Virus record (IMG/VR): IMGVR_UViG_3300005529_000003
Span: 30,831 to 94,830 of that record
Length of the DNA: 64,000 nucleotides
From: a virus
Strand: one strand, 5' to 3'
Position 1 is the stretch's first letter. Each line of letters begins with the position of its first letter. Shown here in pieces: positions 1 through 9,628 of the stretch. Below the pieces are notes generated by a model. That model was given only the letters and a program-made list of their open reading frames with translations. It did no database searches and was not told the origin of the DNA. Both the position numbers and the translations under genes were made by a program.

Positions 1-19
1 CTGGCTTCTGTACGGCCTT

Positions 20-58
20 AAAGTTTTCTCTCCTTCACTGAGGACAAGAGAAGACTTT
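20..58. repeat. 39-bp dyad element (17-5-17), copy 1
   Basis: aaagttttctctccttc-actga-ggacaagagaagacttt. Confidence 0.7.
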
Positions 59-151
59 TCACGGAGGAGGACGCGCCGTGAGTGACAACATCATGAGGGC
101 GACGAGCAACAACGCGGCGATGTACGGAATCGCCTCAACGATACGTTTCAT
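59..151 (-). CDS. Small putative membrane peptide (30 aa)
   Basis: MKRIVEAIPYIAALLLVALMMLSLTARPPP; start overlaps the stop of 148..621 (ATGA); below the ORF-track size cutoff. Confidence 0.4.
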   Translation of the reverse strand: MKRIVEAIPYIAALLLVALMMLSLTARPPP

Positions 152-621
152 TTGAGTTCTCCTCGGGCTTTCCTGAGCGAGTTCTGGTACTCTCTCGGAT
201 GTTTGCTCTTCCACTTCACCCACGCTGGTAGAAGGATCTTATATGCCCCACAGCACGTCGGGCTTTCGGCATATTGTAGTGTGTACTTGTGTTTATCCTC
301 TATAATTACGAAAAGACGACTGGGTAAAGCTGCTGGCGATTGTTTTGAAGTCTCGTTTACGCACCCATCAAAATTTTGCCAGTCAAACGAAAGCGTGTCC
401 CATCTACTCTTCGTTGTGCCCCACCTTCCTGATTCATAAGCTTCCTGACTAACCGTGTGGATAAAAGGTCTTAGCTCAAGCTCCCACACCCACCGCCAGA
501 ACTCAGCCTCCTCCAGGCGGTCGTTGTCCTCGAGCCAGTCGCAGTAGTACGGGAGGTCCTTGAGTTTCCCCTGCTCGATCCTGGCGAGAAAGCCCTCCTC
601 TGTTCTTTCTGTGGTGGTCAT
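148..621 (-). CDS. Hypothetical protein with TIGR02996-like N-terminal motif
   Basis: EEGFLARIE...YYCDWLEDNDRLEEAEFWR resembles the 'FL..I...vYADWL.E.G...rAEfiR' motif; GAGG SD. Confidence 0.55.
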   Translation of the reverse strand: MTTTERTEEGFLARIEQGKLKDLPYYCDWLEDNDRLEEAEFWRWVWELELRPFIHTVSQEAYESGRWGTTKSRWDTLSFDWQNFDGCVNETSKQSPAALPSRLFVIIEDKHKYTLQYAESPTCCGAYKILLPAWVKWKSKHPREYQNSLRKARGELK

Positions 622-623
622 CT

Positions 624-797
624 CTAGTACCTCGTATCTTGTTCTGAGTGGATCAAATCCTCGCTGTCTCTGAACTCGACGTCGGCGTACGTCAACGACT
701 CTTCGCCTGAGACTTTCTTACCTGCGTGAAATAACATCCAGGAGGCGAAGAGTAGAGGCAGGGCGATGAGTTGCCTAATAAACCAGAGCGCTTTCAT
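624..797 (-). CDS. Small hypothetical protein with hydrophobic N-terminus (57 aa)
   Basis: Hand-translated MKALWFIRQLIALPLLFASWMLFHAGKK...; fills the gap in the operon. Confidence 0.4.
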   Translation of the reverse strand: MKALWFIRQLIALPLLFASWMLFHAGKKVSGEESLTYADVEFRDSEDLIHSEQDTRY

Positions 798-1224
798 TCT
801 TTGCTCTTTCTTGTTTTTCTTCTCGCCATTCTTTCCAGGCGTTGAAGAGTGCCTCTTCTGCGTTCTGAAGAGATGAAAACCCTTTCCATCCTTCTTGTTT
901 TCGTTCCCTCTTCACTTTGTCGAAGAGTTCCTTACAGAGGTAATCTCCTCTGTTCTCTTTAACTCCTATTGGTTCCCCAGGCCAGTAAGACCAATCTTCC
1001 TTGCCGTCACCTGTTGTCGTTCCTCCATATCCGTAGAGAGAAGGCAGCAGCTTCCTCTCAAGCAGCCACTCCTGAAATTGTGCGAAGTAGTCGTTGTCTT
1101 CCTCGTCGCGAATCCACCAGATGAACGCCTCCTTGCTTGAAGGTGCTCTTAGCCTTTCGCAGCGTTCATCCCAGTAGTCCTTAACCTCTTGTTCGAGGAT
1201 CTTGTACCAGTCACTCCTCGTCAT
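775..1224 (-). CDS. Hypothetical protein (Trp-rich, weakly similar to 148..621)
   Basis: ORF with likely start MTRSDWYK overlapping the upstream gene end. Confidence 0.55.
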   Translation of the reverse strand: MTRSDWYKILEQEVKDYWDERCERLRAPSSKEAFIWWIRDEEDNDYFAQFQEWLLERKLLPSLYGYGGTTTGDGKEDWSYWPGEPIGVKENRGDYLCKELFDKVKRERKQEGWKGFSSLQNAEEALFNAWKEWREEKQERAKNESALVY

Positions 1225-1696
1225 TGATCTTCTCCGGCGTCTTCTGTGTCTCTTGCTTTTCCCACGGGTAACGAGCGGCGAGGCACGCATTCACGGACAA
1301 CGGCTCGAGGTCCTCCCACATCTTCTGCACCTTCTCTTCGGGGACGCCGTGCGCGTTCGGGTAGCCGCCCTCGCAACGAATGAAGACGATTGTCGCGTTG
1401 TACTTCATGCCCAACTCGACGTAAGGGCGAGCTTCCCAAGCCTTGATGTTCGTGTTGTCCACGATCACGTTGTGCCCGTTCATCAGCAACGCCTCAACGC
1501 GGATCTGGTTGTAGCGGTGGAACTCCTGGAGCTTCTCGGGCTTGAAGACGTACGCTCCGGTCACATTGTCGATGAAGTACTCGTCCGTCGAGCAGATCTT
1601 GAAGCGAGGTTGTGCGTTCCTCCAGCCGTTGTTCAACTCGTTGGCGAATGTGGACTTCCCCGAGCCTGGCGGGCCTTGCATGATCACGAGGTACAT
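1211..1696 (-). CDS. P-loop kinase, AAA_33 / N4BP2-like polynucleotide-kinase family
   Basis: Walker A GPPGSGKST, CSTDEYF, VIVDNTN, HGVPEEKV motifs; AGGAG SD. Confidence 0.85.
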   Translation of the reverse strand: MYLVIMQGPPGSGKSTFANELNNGWRNAQPRFKICSTDEYFIDNVTGAYVFKPEKLQEFHRYNQIRVEALLMNGHNVIVDNTNIKAWEARPYVELGMKYNATIVFIRCEGGYPNAHGVPEEKVQKMWEDLEPLSVNACLAARYPWEKQETQKTPEKINDEE

Positions 1697-1731
1697 CGAT
1701 GTCTCCTTGTTCGTTCTGGTCTTGAAGTCGG

Positions 1732-2094
1732 TTAGTTGCTCGACGGCTTGATGTCGGTCTTCGGCGGAGGAACTTCTTTGCCCGCTGCCTCATAAACTCG
1801 TTCGGTGATGAGTTGAACAAGCTCTTCCGGTGAAGTCGCCTCAAGGACCTCGACTTCGACCGGGACCGCCTCGTTCGCTGTCTTGTCGATGGCATCGAAG
1901 ACCGCTGCCAGTTTCAGTAGTGACTGCTCAAAATCGTCGCGGACGGAAAGCGCCTCAAGTAGGCTTCTGAAGTGAGGGCGTTCCATGCAGTTCATGAACA
2001 ACTCGAACGCCAACTGGTACTTGATGGCGAGTGGGAGTCGGTCCATATGACCGATCAATATCTTCACGAATGGGTTTACCTGATCGTCGCTCAT
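1732..2094 (-). CDS. Hypothetical protein
   Basis: 120-aa ORF, AGGAG SD. Confidence 0.6.
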   Translation of the reverse strand: MSDDQVNPFVKILIGHMDRLPLAIKYQLAFELFMNCMERPHFRSLLEALSVRDDFEQSLLKLAAVFDAIDKTANEAVPVEVEVLEATSPEELVQLITERVYEAAGKEVPPPKTDIKPSSN

Positions 2095-2121
2095 TCTTGT
2101 CTCCTGAACTTGATGTGTAAG

Positions 2122-2201
2122 TAGGGCCGGCAGGAATCGAACCTGCCTTCGGCGTTGATTAGCTATATCGTCGCCTTAGTCTAGTTAGCACCAGCAACCC
2201 T
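2122..2201 (-). ncRNA. tRNA-like RNA with non-canonical D and anticodon arms
   Basis: Acceptor-like stem AGGGTTG/CGGCCCT and canonical T-arm GCAGG-TTCGATT-CCTGC; interior does not fit a standard cloverleaf; no encoded CCA. Confidence 0.55.
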
Positions 2202-2203
2202 AT

Positions 2204-2242
2204 AAAACCTCCCGACGCTTCTCTTGCGATGGCGTCGGGAGG
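2204..2242 (-). terminator. Intrinsic terminator-like hairpin
   Basis: 11-bp stem cctcccgacgc/gcgtcgggagg followed by TTTT on the minus strand. Confidence 0.55.
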
Positions 2243-2319
2243 CAGACCAGGAGAACCGCTGGTGTTCCGTCTAAGTGTGTTAACGATCGATCACAAAAAG
2301 ACGGAACAGAGCAGATTTC

Positions 2320-2535
2320 CTAGTTCTTAATCGTGACGTACTTGCTTTGCTTCTGATCGAAACCGATTGCCGTGTTCGTCTTTGCGGCATGCCAGTACTC
2401 CACTCCGTCCTTGAAGTTGGAAACTCCGGTGAGGTCCATGCCGCGAGCTTGAGCCTCTGCCCTGATGAGTGCGGGGATCTTGATCATTGGACGGCTCTCC
2501 CTTTCTTTGTCGTTCGAGTATCCTTCGTTCATCAC
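2320..2535 (-). CDS. Hypothetical protein
   Basis: 71-aa ORF, AAGGAG SD. Confidence 0.5.
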   Translation of the reverse strand: MMNEGYSNDKERESRPMIKIPALIRAEAQARGMDLTGVSNFKDGVEYWHAAKTNTAIGFDQKQSKYVTIKN

Positions 2536-2541
2536 ATCTCC

Positions 2542-3198
2542 TTACTGAACGCTGAGCGAAGCCGCTTCGACCTGCGGTTTCCCCTGGAAGAAGGACTGTG
2601 TCCCGCTCGCCGTGACTACTCGCCCCTTGAAGTAGTCGATGTTCTGCGCGTACTGCCCAAGAACCTGCGGATTCTTGATGACGATCGTTCGCTGGGCGAC
2701 CTTGTAGTCGGGGGTGTCGTTCAAGAACACCCACCCTCGACTGTTCTTGCCGACGCTCGCCACGACGAACTGCGACTGAACCTGCTGGATCGGTGCGGGC
2801 GGAATCGTTCCGGCGTTCAGATAACCAGCGACCGGAGGACTCTGCGTCGGCAGCGGCACCGGCGTCGGAGCCGGAGCGGCGAACTGAGGCTGAGGCTGAG
2901 GATGGTAGTACATTGCGGGCGTCATCGGCGGAGCGACCGCAGCGGCGACGGCGGCGTGCGGCTTCTGAGCCTCCTCGACGTGTGCGTCCTTTTTCGTATC
3001 CTTCTGGTTCACATACCAGAGGATTGCCAGGGACGGCACGATGGCGGCGAGGGCCCAGACAGCCATCGGGTGCTGCTGGATGTACACGGCGGGACTGCGG
3101 CGGTTCTGCGGACTCATCTTGTTCTCCTCGTTCGTGACAGGCGACTCGTTGTTGGACAGTGACTCGTTCTTGACGCTCTCGACTGCTGACTCAGACAT
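2542..3198 (-). CDS. Membrane-anchored protein with Pro-rich linker and C-terminal OB-fold-like domain
   Basis: TM segment AVWALAAIVPSLAILWYV; C-terminus VASVG..WVFLN...YFKGRVVTASG..FQGKPQV resembles OB-fold domains. Confidence 0.6.
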   Translation of the reverse strand: MSESAVESVKNESLSNNESPVTNEENKMSPQNRRSPAVYIQQHPMAVWALAAIVPSLAILWYVNQKDTKKDAHVEEAQKPHAAVAAAVAPPMTPAMYYHPQPQPQFAAPAPTPVPLPTQSPPVAGYLNAGTIPPAPIQQVQSQFVVASVGKNSRGWVFLNDTPDYKVAQRTIVIKNPQVLGQYAQNIDYFKGRVVTASGTQSFFQGKPQVEAASLSVQ

Positions 3199-3234
3199 CG
3201 TTCGTGACTCCTCGTTCGTTTAGTGGTTTTCGTT

Positions 3235-3273
3235 TTCGATCTTCTCGCCTCGTTTAGGAGTGAGAGAAACTTT
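3235..3273. repeat. 39-bp dyad element, copy 2
   Basis: ttcgatcttctcgcctc-gttta-ggagtgagagaaacttt (left arm degenerate). Confidence 0.6.
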
Positions 3274-3432
3274 TCTTCATCATCCTTCGCCACCGAACTC
3301 TTCCTCGATCGGCCACTGGTGTTCTTCTGTTTCCGGATTCCTCGGACTTCTTTTTGGAAAATTCCTCAAGGCCCTTGACCTCCTTTGCCTTCACCCCATA
3401 GAATCTCTTGCTTCTCCTGCCGAAGAAAAGAA

Positions 3433-3471
3433 AAAGTCTTCTCTACTCCTTAGTGGAGGAGAGAAGACTTT
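3433..3471. repeat. 39-bp dyad element, copy 3
   Basis: aaagtcttctctactcc-ttagt-ggaggagagaagacttt. Confidence 0.75.
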
Positions 3472-3507
3472 CTCTTCTTTCCTGACTGACGATTCTGACC
3501 TGGAACG

Positions 3508-3999
3508 TCAGAAAGGGATCTCGCTGTCGTCGTTCTGGCTCTCGTCGCTATCGCCCTGGTCGTTGGGCAGCTCGACGGTCCTTGTCCCGACACTGACGGG
3601 CGACTTCTCGCTCTTCGCGCTGGCTGTCGCTGAACCCTCCTTGGGTTTCGCGTCGAGCGGCATGATCATGATGGCCTCGACGACCCACTTCTCTCGATGT
3701 TCTCCCGTCTGACGGTCGGCCCACTCCTCCTTCTTGAGTCGGCCCTTGACGTACACGAGCCGCCCCTTTCCGTTCTGACCGAACAGCTTCTCCAGGTGGT
3801 CGGCGAGCTGCTGAGACTTGTTGTTGAAGCCCTTGACGTCCCAGTAGACCGGGAAGTCCTCCCACTCGTTCGTCTTCTTGTTGAGCTTTCTCTCGTTGAT
3901 CGCCACGCTGATCTTCGTGACCTTGCCCCCGTTGTCGAACGTCTTCGTCTCTGCGTCTCGTGTCAGCCGCCCGATCAGTGTGAACTCCTGAAAATTCAT
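3508..3999 (-). CDS. ssb: Single-stranded DNA-binding protein
   Basis: LIGRLTRDAE, KGRLVYVKGRL..EEW, acidic tail ending DSEIPF. Confidence 0.95.
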   Translation of the reverse strand: MNFQEFTLIGRLTRDAETKTFDNGGKVTKISVAINERKLNKKTNEWEDFPVYWDVKGFNNKSQQLADHLEKLFGQNGKGRLVYVKGRLKKEEWADRQTGEHREKWVVEAIMIMPLDAKPKEGSATASAKSEKSPVSVGTRTVELPNDQGDSDESQNDDSEIPF

Positions 4000-4024
4000 C
4001 GTAACCTCCGAAGTGTAGTGAAGT

Positions 4025-4063
4025 TAAGTTCTATCCGCCTCAATTAGGAGTGGAGAGAACTTT
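4025..4063. repeat. 39-bp dyad element, copy 4
   Basis: taagttctatccgcctc-aatta-ggagtggagagaacttt. Confidence 0.7.
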
Positions 4064-4077
4064 TCTTAACACTGAGC

Positions 4078-4121
4078 GAAAAAGAAAACGAGCCTCTCCA
4101 CCGAGATGAAGAGGTTCGTTT
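4078..4121 (-). terminator. Terminator-like hairpin after the 950-aa gene
   Basis: aaacgagcctct/agaggttcgttt stem with an A-run on the + side (U-tract on -). Confidence 0.55.
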
Positions 4122-4133
4122 CGTCGGTTGTTG

Positions 4134-6986
4134 TCACGCGGAAATCAATTCTGCGACTTCTTTGACTTCCGCCTCCTGAGTAAGGCGGAACTGCTCGACG
4201 TGATCCCCTAGATCTTCCGGGCAGACCCAGTCTAGTTCGGGCTCGTGGTCCAGTGCCTTGCCGACTGTCTCGGTGCAGAGGGCTGAGGCGACGTACATCC
4301 TTTCCTTGATCGTTTCCAGCCGCTCCTTGCTTTCCATGAGGAAGTCTGCGAGTTCCAACGCGACTCCTTCGTTACGTCCGATGGCGTACTGGATGGCGAG
4401 CGGATCGATTTCCATGCCGTTCACCTTCGCGAGTACCTTTGCGTACGTCTGGCGAAGCAGTTCGAGCCCTGAGACTTTCGCCGTCTCTTCACGATCGACG
4501 TAGATGATCTTCTCGTGGTCGTTCTGGTTCTTCCTTGCTTTCTTCTTTCGTTGAGACGCTGGAATCATTCTTGCGTTCAGCGAGCGGTTCCGGCCGATCC
4601 ATTCCTTGAACCACTGGCCTCCTTGCTCGATCTGGCGGGCTACGTCGTCGATTGTCTCGACCTGGAGTAGCCTCTTGCGAATGATCGTTGCTGCCTCTGT
4701 CAGGAGTTTCTCTCCCTGAGCTTCGAGTCTCTCGGCCGTTCGCTCCAGGGCGGCTCGCAGCCTCTTCTGTCGGTCGATGTCCTCCTTCTTCCTGGGGTTT
4801 GCAGCCAGCATGTCCACTGCGTCAGCCGCGGAGTAGAGCGACTTGAACTCTGCCTCCTTCGCGATCGTGCAGAGCCTCGATGAATCGATCGGTTTCGTGT
4901 CGAGCCTCTCCAGTTCGTTGATCATCCTGATCAGGGTCCGCCAGGCGTTCTCTTCCGCCCGTCGTTCTGCCTTGAACTTCCACTTGCCGCAGCGACGTAG
5001 CGTTCTTGCCATGACGCCCTCGATCGTGTTCCTGAGCTTTGCCTCCTCTTCGAAGATGTCCTGGAGAACGTCCTTGAGGTACTCCGCGTTAGACTTCATG
5101 TCCTCCTGGACGTCTCTCGGTTGCTGGCGGTAGGTCGCCCGCATTGATTCGAGTTCCTTCTCGATCGTCTGTCGCTCGTTGTTCTTCTTGAGCAGCGAAG
5201 CCTCGTGCCATTCCATCGATCGTCGCTCTGACTCGACGTAGAACGTCTCTGGATCGAAGCTGAGAGGCGATGGAGGAATGTAGTCGAGTGGCTCCTCACT
5301 CGCCAGTTCGAATTCCTCCCTGTCGAATGGATCGTTCTCTAGCCAGTCCTGAGCGTTGTGCTGCTTCCTGCTCGACGCAAGCTCCTCCAGGCAGGCGTCG
5401 AGTTCTTCGTGAGTGCCGAAGATCCACTTTGACGGCGGATCGTCCTCGTCTGCTCGTTCTTGCTCTCGCGTCTTGACGACTTGTAGCCAGATCGGAATGC
5501 CACAGAGGCGTGAAGGCAGAAACTCCTGACCGGACTTCGATGTGACGAACTCGCAGACGTCGAGCTTGTGCTGGTGTCTCGACTTCATGTCCGTCCTGTT
5601 CTGACGCAGTTTCATCCACTGCGTCATCCACTCCCTGAATGCCCCGTACACCTTCATCTGGTGGACATACGGCTTGCCCGCTTCCGCGAGTGCTTCTGCC
5701 TCTTTCGATGTGGTGACGATGGGCAGTCTTGTGCCGTCGTCACGAACGTCGAGCATGTATCTCGACTTCCTTGTGTTGCCGTCCTTCTCGCCTGCTCCTG
5801 GGAAGAAGAACCCTTCCCCGAGCATGTCGTCGATCTTGTCGAGTGGGATGAAGCAGAGCGGGCTGTAGACCTTGACCTCTTGTTTCTCCTGCGTCTTCCT
5901 GTTTGCGACGTCGTACTGCGTCACGGCGAGTTCTACTTTTGTCGGGAACTCCACTAGGCCCTTGCCGTCGTTGAACACCAGCGGCGTGAGGCTCGGGCGA
6001 GCGTAGAGCGTCCGCTCGATGACCATCAGCTCCAGCTCCTCGATCGCCTTCCTTGTTGCTCGATTCACCTTGATTCCGTGGAGTGAAGCTCCGAAGTCCA
6101 TCACGAACTTGGATCGCCCCGGTCCTCCTGTCTTCGGGCGGTTCTTGATGTCCTCCATGATCGTGCCGACGCATATCTTCCTGGGCAGTCCCGGAGCGTA
6201 TCCCCACTTGCCACTGATCTCGTCCTGCTTCAGGTTCAGGAACGACAGGCAGGGCAGGAGAGAGTCTCGCTCGAATCCGTCTGGGTCGAAGACGTGATGC
6301 GACTTCGCCGTGCTGATCGTCTTCTGGGCGAGGTCGTTGAAGGTGTATACTGGCCGCTTGAAGCTCCATGCCGTGAAGCCGAGGGCCTTGAACTCCTCTC
6401 GCTCCTGGCGGACGAAGTTTCCTTCACGCGGCATCTTGCCAACGAGTTTGTCGTACACCTTGTATCCCTTCGACGGGACGACGACTGAGAACTCGATGCC
6501 CTTGTCGCAGATCTTCCTGACTCGAGAGAGGAACTGGCCTTTTGTCTTCTCACTGGCTGCCGCTGAGAGGACGATGATCGCGTACTCGTTACGCTCTGGA
6601 AGAGCGTTCCCCTTGATTGGCCGTCCGCTCTGTCTCGTTGACGAGGCAATCACACCGAGGATCTCCGCCTCGCTCCCTCCTTTCCAGAGCATGGCGTCCT
6701 CGATCTGCTCGATCTCGAAGCCGTAGGGGAGGATGCAGACCGCCGATCTCTCCTTCGTTCTTCTGGCGGGAAGTTCCTGCTCTCCTGAGATTTCTTGCTT
6801 CAGGGGAATGTCGTCGTGAGCGTTGCTGAAGGCTGCACTTTTCTTCTCTTCTTCGGGAAATACCTTGCGCCTGAGTTGTGCAGTCTTGTTCTCGTGTTCG
6901 CGTGTCCACGCTTGGAGGTACAGCGGCATCATCCTGGCGAGATGAGGGTCTTGACTGAGGATTTCCGAGCATGTAAGATGCTTCAT
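4134..6986 (-). CDS. Large hypothetical protein (950 aa), C-terminal half coiled-coil-like
   Basis: Long ORF with AGGAG SD; no recognised catalytic motif. Confidence 0.85.
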   Translation of the reverse strand: MKHLTCSEILSQDPHLARMMPLYLQAWTREHENKTAQLRRKVFPEEEKKSAAFSNAHDDIPLKQEISGEQELPARRTKERSAVCILPYGFEIEQIEDAMLWKGGSEAEILGVIASSTRQSGRPIKGNALPERNEYAIIVLSAAASEKTKGQFLSRVRKICDKGIEFSVVVPSKGYKVYDKLVGKMPREGNFVRQEREEFKALGFTAWSFKRPVYTFNDLAQKTISTAKSHHVFDPDGFERDSLLPCLSFLNLKQDEISGKWGYAPGLPRKICVGTIMEDIKNRPKTGGPGRSKFVMDFGASLHGIKVNRATRKAIEELELMVIERTLYARPSLTPLVFNDGKGLVEFPTKVELAVTQYDVANRKTQEKQEVKVYSPLCFIPLDKIDDMLGEGFFFPGAGEKDGNTRKSRYMLDVRDDGTRLPIVTTSKEAEALAEAGKPYVHQMKVYGAFREWMTQWMKLRQNRTDMKSRHQHKLDVCEFVTSKSGQEFLPSRLCGIPIWLQVVKTREQERADEDDPPSKWIFGTHEELDACLEELASSRKQHNAQDWLENDPFDREEFELASEEPLDYIPPSPLSFDPETFYVESERRSMEWHEASLLKKNNERQTIEKELESMRATYRQQPRDVQEDMKSNAEYLKDVLQDIFEEEAKLRNTIEGVMARTLRRCGKWKFKAERRAEENAWRTLIRMINELERLDTKPIDSSRLCTIAKEAEFKSLYSAADAVDMLAANPRKKEDIDRQKRLRAALERTAERLEAQGEKLLTEAATIIRKRLLQVETIDDVARQIEQGGQWFKEWIGRNRSLNARMIPASQRKKKARKNQNDHEKIIYVDREETAKVSGLELLRQTYAKVLAKVNGMEIDPLAIQYAIGRNEGVALELADFLMESKERLETIKERMYVASALCTETVGKALDHEPELDWVCPEDLGDHVEQFRLTQEAEVKEVAELISA

Positions 6987-7127
6987 GTGAGAATCTCTCC
7001 TGGTCGTGATGGGCCGGGGAATCTTCTGGCTGGAGACGCGGTTCTCGCAAGGGAATCGTGGAGATCCCTCACGCTGAGTGGCGGTGCTAGTAACACCGCC
7101 ACTCTCTTTGTCTCTACAGCCATTTGC

Positions 7128-7718
7128 TCATGATCGAGCCGCTGACGTCGTTCGACGTTCGTAGCGACTGTACTCTGTCGTCGTTGTTGATTCGCGATTT
7201 TCGCCTCGGGCTCTCGCTTCGAGTTCTTCTCGTTCGCGTTCGAGGCGTTCGCGTCGGCGTCGTCCCATTTCCCTCCAGTACGCCCTCTGTTCTGGCGTGC
7301 CTGGACGTCGTGGCCTCCTCGTTGTTCTTGTCGTTGTCGTGGTTGTTGTCGTTGTCGTCCGCGGTTCGCTTGCTGGCGGCACTGAATCCAGTCGCGTCTG
7401 CTCCTCCACGCTGACTGTTCGTTCGACATACTCCGCGTTCGTGAGGACATAGAGCGTCGTTGGCGTGAAGAGGAGCTGAACGCTTCTTTCGTGTCCGTTC
7501 TGCCTCCTGACTTCGAAGCAGATCTCGTTCTGTTCCTCCCGGTGTTCGCATTCTGCGAAGATGAGCAGCTTCTTTCTGAGCCGCTCGATCTCGTCGCCTG
7601 TTGTGTAGCGAAGCGTTAGCAACGCCTCTTGCTTCGCTTCGGGCCTGACCCTGATTTTCTTGACCAGGCCGTCGTTCGTGAACTTCACACCCAGAATCGA
7701 CTCGATACCAGTATTCAT
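7128..7718 (-). CDS. Hypothetical protein with Thr/Arg-rich C-terminus
   Basis: ORF with GGAG SD; preferred over overlapping frames. Confidence 0.55.
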   Translation of the reverse strand: MNTGIESILGVKFTNDGLVKKIRVRPEAKQEALLTLRYTTGDEIERLRKKLLIFAECEHREEQNEICFEVRRQNGHERSVQLLFTPTTLYVLTNAEYVERTVSVEEQTRLDSVPPASEPRTTTTTTTTTTRTTRRPRRPGTPEQRAYWREMGRRRRERLEREREELEARARGENRESTTTTEYSRYERRTTSAARS

Positions 7719-8071
7719 CTCCCAAATGTCCTTGCTTCCTTTTACATCGGCGAAGCTAATTCCGCTCCTGGCTGGAGTAAGAGAGATATCGAAGACACGA
7801 TCCTCGACCCCCTTCCTACACTCAGGAGTACAGGGGAGACTTTTTTTCGAGGCGAGCGGCAGCGTATCGAGCGACTCCTTCTCGGATTGTTCATTCCGCT
7901 TGTGTTGTCTGTTTCCTAAAGTTTCCTTTCCCTCCTATCAAGAAGGAGAAGGAGACTTTTCTTACCGAACCACAACGCTTGAAAGACAACCCTTCAGAGT
8001 GATTTTACCGATCTGGAGGATTGCCGATCAAGTGTGTGCAATGTCGTGAGACGGTCTGTGCTGGCTTAGCA

Positions 8072-8368
8072 CTAGAGGTAACAAACATAGACAGGCTTTT
8101 GCCCTGTGAGTTCGTTTGCGATTCTCACCGCGATCCGCCGCACTGCTAGCGCTCTGAGGGCACTTTCCCCTCCCATGTCGTCGATGTTGTCGTAGCTGTA
8201 CCGCCCGTCACTCCGCACGAGGTAGACACGACGAATCCATTCGCCCTTCATTGCCTCGATCGTCACTAGCCAGAAGTGCTTTCCCACGACTTCGACGACG
8301 ACATCGAAGTCGCCGTCTTGCCTGAAGTGCTCTTCTGTCTTGAGTTGCCAGCCCTGAGTTGAGATCAT
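8072..8368 (-). CDS. Hypothetical protein
   Basis: 98-aa ORF. Confidence 0.55.
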   Translation of the reverse strand: MISTQGWQLKTEEHFRQDGDFDVVVEVVGKHFWLVTIEAMKGEWIRRVYLVRSDGRYSYDNIDDMGGESALRALAVRRIAVRIANELTGQKPVYVCYL

Positions 8369-8726
8369 TCCATTCTCTTTCTGTAGTAGTTCGTTGTGTG
8401 TTGAGACAATAACGCCTCAGCAAGTCCCGCTCTTTCTGTTCTAGCGAGACCCGCCGAGGCATTCATTTACCTGTCGGGCATGGGGGGCGAATCAGTCTGT
8501 TGTCAGGTCTTTTACCACTTCGTCGCGGAGAAGTCTTGCATCCAGTTTGCGGCTTTCTTGCAGCTTCTCTTCATCGTCCCAGAGATCCTGTTCGATCTCT
8601 GACGTTCTGTTGACGAGGTTTTTTTCGGTCCTTCATCCATTGGCTGTCGATCGCTCTGAGTTTTTCCATCACTTGAGCGTATTCGTCCTTCAGGGCTTGT
8701 CGTTCGTCTGCTGTCATTTTTTCTCC

Positions 8727-9101
8727 TTACCAGTCGAGTTCTTCATTCAGCTTCTTCCTGATCCTCTTGAACTGCTCTCCCAGTACTCCTTCTGTCTTAT
8801 CTGCTGAGTCCAGCAAGAACAGGATGTGCCAGACTTCCTCGCTTGAAGGCGACCACGGTAGGCGTTTCTTGTCTGTTGCGTACGACATATAGTAGTCGTT
8901 TGCCGGCTTTCTATCCTCCTCCGAAGCTCGTGGCATTCGAGAGAGATAGATCGGTGGTCTTTTCTGGGCGGCTTCCATCTCCTGTCGTATCTGTTCTGTC
9001 AGGAGATCGTGCCAGCCTCGATCCTTTCCTGCCTGGAAAGAGATGAAGCTGACGAGAGCGACGACGATCGATGCGAACACCCACTCGATGATCTGTTTCA
9101 T
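8727..9101 (-). CDS. Hypothetical protein with N-terminal TM/signal anchor
   Basis: Start MKQIIEWVFASIVVALVSFISF with AGGAG SD. Confidence 0.6.
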   Translation of the reverse strand: MKQIIEWVFASIVVALVSFISFQAGKDRGWHDLLTEQIRQEMEAAQKRPPIYLSRMPRASEEDRKPANDYYMSYATDKKRLPWSPSSEEVWHILFLLDSADKTEGVLGEQFKRIRKKLNEELDW

Positions 9102-9147
9102 GACTGAATCTCCTTTCTGTGCAGATTGTCCTTTGGCCTGATGGGAT

Positions 9148-9498
9148 TTAGTCTTCCTTACGCTTGTGACATCCATCTGCGTAGCAGCCCTTGCACATCC
9201 TTGCCTCTTCTGCTGGTAGCATCTTCGTCGCTGTTGCCATTCGCTTCCAGTTGCACGGCTCGGTAGGGTCCTTCTCGTCCAGGACAATTACTGTCCACCC
9301 TTCCACGAGCCAGCCGACCACTCGTCCGTTGAAGGTGTCGTGAGCGTCCTCGTCGTTCATCGGGTGGCTGTGTTCGATGTGCCCGCGGCCGTCGTCCTCT
9401 CTGAAGCTGAACTTGTTCCCGAACCCGTTCGCTTTCTTTCTGTGGTACATCGTGAAAGTCATGGTGACGGCGACGAGAGCTGATGATGTTGTGTTCAT
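9148..9498 (-). CDS. Hypothetical protein
   Basis: 116-aa ORF, AAGGA SD. Confidence 0.5.
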   Translation of the reverse strand: MNTTSSALVAVTMTFTMYHRKKANGFGNKFSFREDDGRGHIEHSHPMNDEDAHDTFNGRVVGWLVEGWTVIVLDEKDPTEPCNWKRMATATKMLPAEEARMCKGCYADGCHKRKED

Positions 9499-9628
9499 TC
9501 GATCTTCCTTTCGTGGTTGATGCTTATCAGATTCTCGAATTCACGTTGTCCAGCCGTACTGTTCGCTGAAGCAGACAGGGTACTTCTTCTCTGACTCGAC
9601 TTCCTCAGCGAGCCATTCGCTCTCCTTG

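Noticed and set aside
4134-6986. Phage RNA polymerase subunit
   Set aside because: FDPDG is not the DxDGD catalytic motif and no other polymerase motif was seen.
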